From positions 1,021 through 65,020 of the forward strand of contig CAKZNB010000005.1 in NCBI GenBank assembly GCA_937129365.1: DNA of 64,000 nt, written 5' to 3'. Within the stretch, counting starts at the first letter, position 1; the number at the start of each line of letters is the position of its first letter. This stretch comes from an uncultured Flavobacteriales bacterium (lineage in GTDB: Bacteria; Bacteroidota; Bacteroidia; Flavobacteriales_D; CAJJDF01). The translations under genes were made by a program, and so were the position numbers. Below the pieces are notes generated by a model that worked only from the letters and a program-made list of their open reading frames with translations, had not been told where the DNA came from and did not search any database. This document shows positions 44,305-53,400 of this stretch, one piece after another.

Positions 44305-46284
44305 ATGCTAAACGAGATTAAAATTGGAATTCCTCAGGAATTACCTCCTAAAAGAGAATTTGATAATTCTATAAGTCACGCACCAAAAAGAAAGAAAATT
44401 CTTTCTGATAAAGAAGAAAAATTAGCGCTAAGAAATGCTTTGAGATATTTCCCAAAATCTCTACACCCTACTCTAGTTAAGGAATTTAAAGAAGAATTGG
44501 ATACTTATGGAAGAATCTATATGTACCGATATAGACCTGAATATAAAATGTATGCCAGGCCAATTGAAGAATATCCTGCAAAATCTAAACACGCAGCTGC
44601 AATCATGCTAATGATTCAAAATAATTTGGATTATGCAATTGCTCAACATCCTCATGAATTAATTACTTATGGTGGAAATGGCGGAGTATTTTCAAACTGG
44701 GCTCAATATCTTTTAACTATGCAGTATTTATCCGAAATGACGGATGAACAAACATTAGTTATGTATTCTGGACACCCAATGGGATTATTCCCTTCTCATA
44801 AAGATGCACCAAGAGTTGTAGTAACGAATGGAATGATGATTCCAAACTATTCAAAACCTGATGATTGGGAGAAATTTAATGCGTTAGGAGTTACTCAATA
44901 CGGGCAAATGACAGCAGGAAGTTACATGTATATTGGTCCCCAAGGAATTGTACATGGGACTACAATTACTGTACTAAATGCTGGAAGAAAGATTTCTAAA
45001 CATGGTGAAGGATTAGCAGGTAAACTATTTGTAACCTCAGGACTTGGCGGAATGAGTGGAGCTCAACCAAAAGCAGGAAATATTGCAGGTTGCATTACTG
45101 TTTGTGCAGAAGTAAACGACCATGCTTCGGTAAAAAGACACGAGCAGGGTTGGGTAGATGAATTGATAGGAGATATTGATGAATTAGTTGCTAGAGTTAA
45201 AAAAGCAAAAGAAAACAAGGAAGTTGTTTCAATCGCCTTCCAAGGAAATATTGTGGAGGTTTGGGAACAATTTGAAAAAGAAAACATCTATGTAGATTTA
45301 GGTTCGGATCAAACTTCTTTGCACAACCCATGGGCTGGAGGCTACTACCCTATTGGGTTATCGTATGAAGAAGCCAATGAAATGATGGCAAATAATACTG
45401 ATGAATTTAAAGAATATGTGCACAAATCATTGAGAAGACAAACTGATGCAATTAATAAACATGCTGCAAAAGGAACTTATTTCTTTGATTATGGAAATGC
45501 ATTTTTATTAGAAGCTTCGAGAGCAGATGCAAATATAATGGCAGAAAATGGTATTGACTTTAAATACGCATCTTACGTTCAAGATATTATGGGACCAATG
45601 TGTTTTGATTATGGTTTCGGTCCATTTAGATGGGTATGTGCCAGTGGAAAGGACAGTGATTTAGACAAAACAGATGAAATAGCCTGTGGAGTGTTAGAAA
45701 AAATGGCTGCAACTTCTCCTGATGAAATTAAGCAACAAATGTTGGATAATATTCAGTGGATAAAAGGGGCAAAAAAAAATAAGCTGGTTGTGGGTTCTAA
45801 AGCTAGGATTTTGTACGCCAATGCTGATGGAAGAATAAAAATTGCTGAAGCTTTTAATAATGCTATAAAAACTGGTGAAATTGGCGAAGTAATTCTTGGT
45901 AGAGATCACCATGATGTTTCGGGAACGGATTCTCCTTACAGAGAAACTTCTAATATTTATGATGGCTCACAATTCACAGCAGATATGGCTATTCATAATG
46001 TAATTGGTGATTCGTTTAGAGGAGCCACTTGGGTGTCTATCCATAATGGCGGTGGAGTTGGCTGGGGCGAAGTGATTAATGGAGGTTTTGGAATGTTACT
46101 TGATGGTTCATCCGATTCTGATAGAAGATTAAAATCTATGTTATTTTGGGATGTAAACAATGGTATTGCACGAAGAAGTTGGGCAAGAAACGAAGAGGCT
46201 ATTTTTGCTATAAAACAAGCTATGAAAGATAATCCCGAATTGAAAGTTACTTTACCTAACTTGGTGGATGATAATTTGTTGTAA
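44305..46284 (+). CDS. hutU: Urocanate hydratase
   Basis: Full-length urocanase-like sequence (YGGNGGVFSNW, GLGGMSGAQ NAD-binding block, GRDHHDVSGTDSPYRETS). Confidence 0.9.
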   Translation: MLNEIKIGIPQELPPKREFDNSISHAPKRKKILSDKEEKLALRNALRYFPKSLHPTLVKEFKEELDTYGRIYMYRYRPEYKMYARPIEEYPAKSKHAAAIMLMIQNNLDYAIAQHPHELITYGGNGGVFSNWAQYLLTMQYLSEMTDEQTLVMYSGHPMGLFPSHKDAPRVVVTNGMMIPNYSKPDDWEKFNALGVTQYGQMTAGSYMYIGPQGIVHGTTITVLNAGRKISKHGEGLAGKLFVTSGLGGMSGAQPKAGNIAGCITVCAEVNDHASVKRHEQGWVDELIGDIDELVARVKKAKENKEVVSIAFQGNIVEVWEQFEKENIYVDLGSDQTSLHNPWAGGYYPIGLSYEEANEMMANNTDEFKEYVHKSLRRQTDAINKHAAKGTYFFDYGNAFLLEASRADANIMAENGIDFKYASYVQDIMGPMCFDYGFGPFRWVCASGKDSDLDKTDEIACGVLEKMAATSPDEIKQQMLDNIQWIKGAKKNKLVVGSKARILYANADGRIKIAEAFNNAIKTGEIGEVILGRDHHDVSGTDSPYRETSNIYDGSQFTADMAIHNVIGDSFRGATWVSIHNGGGVGWGEVINGGFGMLLDGSSDSDRRLKSMLFWDVNNGIARRSWARNEEAIFAIKQAMKDNPELKVTLPNLVDDNLL

Positions 46285-46778
46285 TGCTTGAATTGCCGTT
46301 AATTGATAATTCTAACTCTAATTTTTTAAGAAGTAGATTTTCCACATTTATTCAAAGAAGAAAATTAGGTTCAGTTAAAATAACTGAAAATAATATTTGT
46401 GTTAAATATAAAAAAAACACAATTCATTATTATTTTTCTGATGTTGATTATCTAGAAATTCATGGCTCATTATATTGGGATTATAATCCTTCTATGATTT
46501 ATTTAGTGGAAGAATTAGCAAAAAGAAAATATACTGGAAAGACAAAATTAGAACTGAAATTTAAAGACCAAAATGTTGTAATTTCTTTCAGAATCATATC
46601 AGAACAAGATTTTATTTCATTCAATAGTTTGTTAACCAAATGGTATCAAAAAGGAACCTTTAAAATAAAAGAATATCATTTAGGTGAAGAGAGAATGCTT
46701 CTTTTAAACCCTTTCCATTCTTATGAAATCATCCAAGGAATAAAGAAAAAACTTGGAATTAAAAGTATGTATGAATAA
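46284..46778 (+). CDS. Hypothetical protein, translationally coupled to hutU
   Basis: Its ATG shares one base with the hutU stop (TAATG). 164 aa, with no motif I recognise. Confidence 0.5.
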   Translation: MLELPLIDNSNSNFLRSRFSTFIQRRKLGSVKITENNICVKYKKNTIHYYFSDVDYLEIHGSLYWDYNPSMIYLVEELAKRKYTGKTKLELKFKDQNVVISFRIISEQDFISFNSLLTKWYQKGTFKIKEYHLGEERMLLLNPFHSYEIIQGIKKKLGIKSMYE

Positions 46779-46811
46779 ACTAGCTTATTAACTTCTATAT
46801 AAAATTAGCAT

Positions 46812-46846
46812 AAAAAAAAGGCTTGAGCAATTGCTCAAGCCTTTTT
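46812..46846. terminator. Bidirectional terminator between convergent genes
   Basis: A perfect 22-nt palindrome ggcttgagcaattgctcaagcc, flanked by A8 upstream and T5 downstream. Confidence 0.85.
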
Positions 46847-46866
46847 GATTTGATAGTTTCTGTGTT

Positions 46867-49800
46867 TTATTTTACAACAGTCAATTTCTTAGTAGTATTA
46901 AAGAATTCATTAGAAACTGAAACGGTATACAATCCATTTTCTAATCCGTCTAAGTCAATTACTACTTTATTATTTTCTGTACTTACTTGTTTAGAGTAAA
47001 TCATTTTACCGATAGCATCAAATAATCTGATTGTTACTTCTTCATTGATGTTTTGAGAAAGTACATCAACCGTTACAAAATCAGTTGCTGGATTAGGATA
47101 TACTGAGATATTATCTTCATCAATTACATATTCTTCTAAATCTACACTCATTATTGAGGTACACGCAGATGTATCTCTACATCCTTCTGGTGTTACTACA
47201 ATAACAGCGTAATTACCATTTCTTACTGGAGTGAAAGATTTTGCAGTATCAGTTATAAAGTGTGAGAAATTATTATCACAATCTGCCCATTTGTATTTAA
47301 CTCCTGTTTGATTAGCAGTAAGTGTAATCCCAGATACAGATACTGTTCCAGCATTTGCAAGGTTAATCGTAAGGTTGGTAGTTATAAAGAAACTACATCC
47401 AAAAGCATTTGTTGCAGTATCCTTATAAGTTCCGCTTGTTGTATATACATTCCCAGTTTCTGGAACTGTATAAGTAAAACAAGATGAAATGTTTCTTGTA
47501 GTTGATGAATTAGGGCTTATAGATAAGGTAATTGATATAATACTATCACATCCAACTTTTGTTGAAATTGTATCTAACCTTGTTCCTGATGTAGTCCATA
47601 CTTTTCCACTTGGAGAAGTATAACTTCCACAAGCTGCTATTGTATCAACAGTTCTTTGAGTATAGTTTACAGTTAAATTAGTTCTAATTACACTATCACA
47701 TCCTGATGTTGCAGTTAATGTGTCAAAGAAAATACCCGTAAAATTAACTGTGCTTCCGTCAACTAAGGTATAAGAGTCACAAGCTTGGATATTTAATACT
47801 GTTGTTGCATAAGTAATTACTGTTAAATCTAGTACACTAATTGAATCACATCCAGCAGCGTTTTGAACTGTATCGGAATATATTCCAGTTGCATTGTAAA
47901 ACTTAGTTCCTAATTGAACGCTATCTCCAGAACAAATAGTACTTGAAACAGTATCTCTGTTAATTGATTTTACAAATAAATTTAACGTAGTTATACTATC
48001 ACATCCTGCTGAATTTTGAGTGGTATCTGAATACTGTCCAGTAGTCGAAAGCATTTGAGAACCTAATATATAAGGTGAATTTGCACAAGTTGTATCTGCA
48101 ATGGTATCTCTGATGTAATCATTCACCACCAATTCCATTACTGTAATTGAATCACATCCTGCTGCATTTTGTGCTGTGTCTGAATATGTTCCAGTCATTG
48201 TCAATGTCTGTGTTCCAAATGTAATGCTTGCTCCTTGGCAAATAGTATCTGCAATGGTATCTCTGATGTAATCGTTCACCACCAATTCCATTACTGTAAT
48301 TGAATCACATCCTGCTGCATTTTGTGCTGTGTCTGAATAGGTTCCAGTCATTGTCAATGTTTGTGTTCCAAATGTAATGCTTGCTCCTTGGCAAATAGTA
48401 TCTGCAATGGTATCTCTGATGTAGTCATTCACTACCAATTCCATTACTGTAATTGAATCACATCCTGCCGCATTTTGTGCCGTGTCAGAATAGGTTCCAG
48501 TCATTGTCAATGTTTGTGTTCCAAATGTAATGCTTGCTCCTTGGCAAATGGTATCGGCAATGGTATCTCTGATATAATCATTCACTACCAATTCCATTAC
48601 TGTAATTGAATCACATCCTGCTGCATTTTGTGCTGTGTCTGAATAGGTTCCAGTCATTGTTAATGTCTGTGTTCCAAATGTGATGCTTGCTCCTTGGCAA
48701 ATAGTATCGGCAATGGTATCTCTGAAAGTAGCTCTTACGAATAATTCTAATACTGAAATACTATCACATCCTGCTAAATTTTGTGAAGTATCCGAATATG
48801 TTCCAGTCATTGATAAAGTTTGACTTCCCAGCATTACTGTTGTTCCTTGGCAAATTGTGTCTTGTATTGTATCTCTTTCGATTGATAAAACAGTAAGATT
48901 TAAAACTCTAATACTATCACAACCATTAGCTAAAGTCTGAACTGTATCAGAGAAAATTCCTGTTGTATTATAATATTTAATTCCATTAGTTGCACTATCA
49001 CCTTGACATATAGATTGTGTAGTTGTATCTCTTTTTGTAATACAAGTATAACAGTCGTTTTTATGTCCTCCAATCAATGAATCAGTATCATTTCCTAATA
49101 CTTCCCATTCAGAAGCAGAATAAATAATACTTCCTTGCTGAACTGTTGATTTTCTTACTAAAGTTGTATTAGCAGCAAAATTGGAAGAACTACCCAATGG
49201 TCCAACAATATCAATAGTTACCATATTTTTTTGAAGTGCTACTGGATCATTTCCATTAAAAGAAATACTACCAGAAGTCATATTTGCTTTTGCAACAAGA
49301 TTTGGAAGAGTAGCAGAAGAATTACGGATTACAAAAACTCCATAAGGTGCTATTGAAGTTGATCCTAAACTAATATTATTAGGGCTTGATGCATTTCCAT
49401 TTGTATATCTTACCAATCTGTAATTTGATAGGCTGATTGACGAAGCAGTAGGGTTATAAATCTCAATTCCCTTATTATTAGAACTACCTTCAATGTATTC
49501 AGAAATTATAAGGTCATTACAAGGTTTTGGGCAATACTTAGTTGACAACATTAATTGAACTATACTATCACAGTTACCAGCTCTAGTAATAGTATCAAAG
49601 TATGTTCCTGCTGTTTTTAAATAGACTCCATTAAAAAGTAGGCTATCCTCTTCAGAACAAATTGTATCAAATGCATTGTAAACAACTTCAGTAGTAGTGG
49701 TTAAGTCTAAAACAAAAATTGTATCACAAGTTGAAATTACTGTATCACTATAAAATCCTGCAACCTTGTAAAACTTATTTCTAAATTCTGTGGAATCAAA

Positions 49801-50337
49801 TGAACAAATAGTAGTTTTTATAGTATCTCTCAAAAATCCTGAACAACCAGCTGAGGCATCAGTAATACTAAATTCATCAAGAAGAAGCATTTTTTGACCA
49901 GAGCTTACAATCTTAATATATTTTGCAGATGCATCATTTACAAGCTTTGAAAAGTTTGAATAAGTAGTGTTTGTTAATCCTTTTACAGAATCAACCACGG
50001 TCCAAACAGAACTATCAGGTGAAGTGTATACATAGAAATCAATAGCTGGAGAACTCCAATTTCTGTAGTAAAAAGAAATAGTTCCTATACCTCCCGCTTT
50101 TGAAGGGCTAGTCAAAGAAGATCCATTATCGTCATCCAATCTTACTGCTCGTCCAGAACCTCCAAAAGAATTAGAACCATTTGTCTCAGCCAATCCATCA
50201 AAAATGTACCATCCATTGTAAGAATAATTTCCGTAACCTCCTGAAGAAAATGAATTGAAATTTTCAGTTATCGGGGCTGCTAACATTTTTAATGATAACA
50301 AAAGGCTTATTCCAAGTATTAAGATTCTTTTTGACAT
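46867..50337 (-). CDS. Giant T9SS-sorted adhesin-like protein: N-terminal beta-rich domain, lamin-tail (LTD)-like domain, ~14 two-Cys GCDS modules, and a type A sorting domain
   Basis: The start is set at the ATG at 50337 (MSKRILILGISLLLSLKMLA signal peptide). LTD-like block: LIISEYIEGSSNNKGIEIYNP...LSNYRL. Repeated modules: DT.C.G....G......G.Y.DT.....GCDSI..L.L.V. C-terminus: VYPNPATDFVTV...GLYTVSV. Confidence 0.85.
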   Translation of the reverse strand: MSKRILILGISLLLSLKMLAAPITENFNSFSSGGYGNYSYNGWYIFDGLAETNGSNSFGGSGRAVRLDDDNGSSLTSPSKAGGIGTISFYYRNWSSPAIDFYVYTSPDSSVWTVVDSVKGLTNTTYSNFSKLVNDASAKYIKIVSSGQKMLLLDEFSITDASAGCSGFLRDTIKTTICSFDSTEFRNKFYKVAGFYSDTVISTCDTIFVLDLTTTTEVVYNAFDTICSEEDSLLFNGVYLKTAGTYFDTITRAGNCDSIVQLMLSTKYCPKPCNDLIISEYIEGSSNNKGIEIYNPTASSISLSNYRLVRYTNGNASSPNNISLGSTSIAPYGVFVIRNSSATLPNLVAKANMTSGSISFNGNDPVALQKNMVTIDIVGPLGSSSNFAANTTLVRKSTVQQGSIIYSASEWEVLGNDTDSLIGGHKNDCYTCITKRDTTTQSICQGDSATNGIKYYNTTGIFSDTVQTLANGCDSIRVLNLTVLSIERDTIQDTICQGTTVMLGSQTLSMTGTYSDTSQNLAGCDSISVLELFVRATFRDTIADTICQGASITFGTQTLTMTGTYSDTAQNAAGCDSITVMELVVNDYIRDTIADTICQGASITFGTQTLTMTGTYSDTAQNAAGCDSITVMELVVNDYIRDTIADTICQGASITFGTQTLTMTGTYSDTAQNAAGCDSITVMELVVNDYIRDTIADTICQGASITFGTQTLTMTGTYSDTAQNAAGCDSITVMELVVNDYIRDTIADTTCANSPYILGSQMLSTTGQYSDTTQNSAGCDSITTLNLFVKSINRDTVSSTICSGDSVQLGTKFYNATGIYSDTVQNAAGCDSISVLDLTVITYATTVLNIQACDSYTLVDGSTVNFTGIFFDTLTATSGCDSVIRTNLTVNYTQRTVDTIAACGSYTSPSGKVWTTSGTRLDTISTKVGCDSIISITLSISPNSSTTRNISSCFTYTVPETGNVYTTSGTYKDTATNAFGCSFFITTNLTINLANAGTVSVSGITLTANQTGVKYKWADCDNNFSHFITDTAKSFTPVRNGNYAVIVVTPEGCRDTSACTSIMSVDLEEYVIDEDNISVYPNPATDFVTVDVLSQNINEEVTIRLFDAIGKMIYSKQVSTENNKVVIDLDGLENGLYTVSVSNEFFNTTKKLTVVK
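48094..48705 (-). repeat. Four tandem 153-bp in-frame units, each encoding an identical 51-aa module
   Basis: Unit boundaries are at 48094, 48247, 48400, 48553 and 48706. Each unit translates to RDTIADTICQGASITFGTQTLTMTGTYSDTAQNAAGCDSITVMELVVNDYI. The DNA differs at 13 positions among the units. Confidence 0.95.
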
Positions 50338-50414
50338 TGTTGTTTTTTTAATTTGCAACAAAAGTATAAATCTTAAAATCAAATAGTACAATGTTTTATG
50401 TTAAATAATTATTA

Positions 50415-50448
50415 AACAAAAAGAGCCCCTAGTAAAACTAGGGGCTCT
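50415..50448 (-). terminator. Rho-independent terminator after the 1384-aa gene
   Basis: Stem agagcccctag/ctaggggctct with loop taaaa. On the minus strand it is followed by TTTTGTTT. Confidence 0.8.
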
Positions 50449-50476
50449 GAAAGTAATATGTTAATAAGTCACTTTA

Positions 50477-53400
50477 TTAGTTAATAACAGTAACTTTTTT
50501 TGTTGTTACAAAGAACTCATTTGAAACTGATACTGAATAGATACCAGCCTCTAAAGAAGATACATCAAATGTAACCTTACTGTTTAGACTAGAAATCTCT
50601 TTTGAGTATACTAATTTACCAACTGCATCGAATAACTTAACAGTTACATTTTCGTCAGCATTTAGTTTTGCAATATCAATAGTAACAATGTCATTAGCAG
50701 GGTTAGGGAATATTGAAATATCAGAAGCTGAAACTTCATATTCATCTAAACTAACACTCATAATCATTGTACATGCCGAAGTATCTTTACATCCATCAGT
50801 AGTTTCAACCTCTACTGCATAGTTACCATTTCTAAATGGAGTAAACGATTGTCCTGTTTCTCCTAATAAATAAGAGTAATCATTGTTACAATCAACCCAC
50901 TTGTATGATACACCTGTTACAGATGAAGTAAGAGTAATTCCTGATACAGAAACTGTTCCAGCATTTGCAGAATTAATAGTTAACACTGTAGTTATAGTGT
51001 GATTACATCCATAAGTGTTTGTAGTTACATCAGTATAAGTTCCGCTTGTAGTGTAAACTGAACCAGTTTCTGGAACTGTATAGCTAAAGCAAGAAGATAT
51101 AGTTCTTGTTTCTGATGTTACTGGACTTATAGATAAACTAATTGTCATTAAACTATCACAACCTGAAGCATTAGGTATAGTATCAAATCTAGAACCTGAA
51201 GTAGACCAAACTTTTCCACTTGGAGAAGTATAAGTTCCACAGGCAGCTACAGATATTGAAGAACTAGTAGTATAGTTAATAGTTACGATAGAAGTAATAA
51301 TACTATCACATCCTAATGAAGTAGGAACAGTATCTTTAAATGTTCCAGAAATTGGAGTTACATATCCATCTGGTAGTGTATAACTATCACATGCTGTTAC
51401 AGTATTTGTAACAGAGATAGCATTATTAACCGTTAAGTTAATTGTAATGATACTATCACAACCAATAGAATTAGAAATTGTATCCATATACATACCAGTT
51501 GTATAGAATGTTTTTCCACTTGGAGCAACCATTGAATCACAAACTGTAGGTGATACAGTAGCAGTAGTATTATTTACTACAAGTGTAATAACTAATATAC
51601 TATCACAACCTCTCACTTTTTGTAAAGTATCGTTATAAGTACCTGGCATGTTCCAAATTTTTCCACTTGGGGATACATAAGTACCACATGCAGTATCTGT
51701 ATAAGAAATCGTACTTGGAACACATAAATTAGTTACTAAGAAATTATCAATGTGTACATCATAATCAGCATTAGATACTGTAGAGGCAGCATAAAATCCA
51801 AACTTAACAACTCCAGTATATGCACTTAAGTCAATAAATTCTCTACTTCCTGCATTTGTTGGCTCATCACCAGATACATAGTTTCTAAGAATATTTGCTG
51901 AAGTCCATGTTTGACCAAAATCAGTTGAAATTACAAAAGCTAATGTGTCATCAGACCCCATTGCATCTGATGATGTAGAAGCATAATCAGTTAATGCAGC
52001 ATCAAATTCAACTTGGTAAGGAACAGATCCATCTCCTAAGTCGATTGGATTAGAAATAATCCAGTCATTTTTACCTGTACTCCATATATTCATACTAACA
52101 GCACCAGTAGATCCAACATTAGCAAATCCATCAGCTTTCCAATCAGAATTACCTGAGACAACATTAGATGATGTAGTTAAAAAACCATTTGCTTCTTCCC
52201 AACAAGTTGGGGTATAAGTAGCGAAATCTTGAGAGTATGTTGGTACATCAGGATTACATTGTGTAGTGAATGTAATTGGTCCAACCCAAGCAGTAGTATC
52301 TCCTACTCCACAATAAGCTCTTACATAATAGTCATAAGTAGTAGAAGCAGTTAATCCTCCTAGCCCTTTAGTAGTTGTTGTTGTAGAATCTAAAGTCCCT
52401 GCTCCAGGAGTAAATCCGGTCGCACCATACTCTATATAGTATTTTGTAGGGGTTCCAAATTGTTGAGTCCAAGACGCAGTTGTAGAATCATTAATTGTTC
52501 CATTTGCCATAGCCATTGAAGGGGTAAAACATGTTGGAGATTCAATTACAGCAATATCATCTAAACAGATATCACCTTCGTATGATCCATTACTCACTGC
52601 AACAAATCTTAATTGAATAATACCAGAATATGAAGATAAATCTACAAATTGTTGGTTCCAAGGAGAAGCTTGTGTTGCTTGTTGTGCACCTGTAATAGTC
52701 AATTCATTACTCCAAGTTGTACCGTCAAAAACTTCAACACTAACTGACCCTATTTGATTTCCAAACATATGGTAATAAAATTCTAAAAATGGTGTTGTTA
52801 AAGAAGTTAAATCAATAGATGGAGAAATTAAAGTTGTAGTATCAGAAGTACCTGCACCAGAAGCTTCGGTATAGAAGAAATTTGTTCCGCTATTGGCAGA
52901 TAAAGCTCCCGTAAAACTTGAACCAGTTGTACCAGAATTAGTTATCTCCCATTCAAAACTAGAACCAGTTTTAGTTCCAGACCAACAGTTTGCAATACCT
53001 GTAATAGTATTTGTTGAAGGATGTCCTTCAACATCGTCCATCCATGGACCTAAGTTTGTATCATTACATAATGTAGTAAAGCTGTAAGGACCAGCCCAAG
53101 GACTTGAGTCTGTTGGTGTACAAATAGCAGTTACATAAAATTCATATGTAGTAAAAGGAGATAATCCTGTTAATGGAACAGTATCATTTGACTCTATTGT
53201 AGAAGTACCAGTTCCTAATGTAAATCCTGGTGCTCCAATTTCAACTCTCCATGATGTTGCTGTTCCTGCCTCTGTCCAATTGATACTAGCTGTAGTTGCA
53301 GTTATAGCATGAGCTCCAAGAGATGTATTTGAAGGTTCTGGACAGTTTGGAATTTTTTCAGCTTTAAAATCATCTATTCCAAATCCCCATGATGAGGAAG

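Noticed and set aside
48094-48705. Whether the 153-bp tandem repeats could be a CRISPR array or a mobile-element relic.
   Set aside because: The units are directly abutting with no spacers. They are in frame and encode a protein module inside a long ORF. No cas or transposase genes are nearby.
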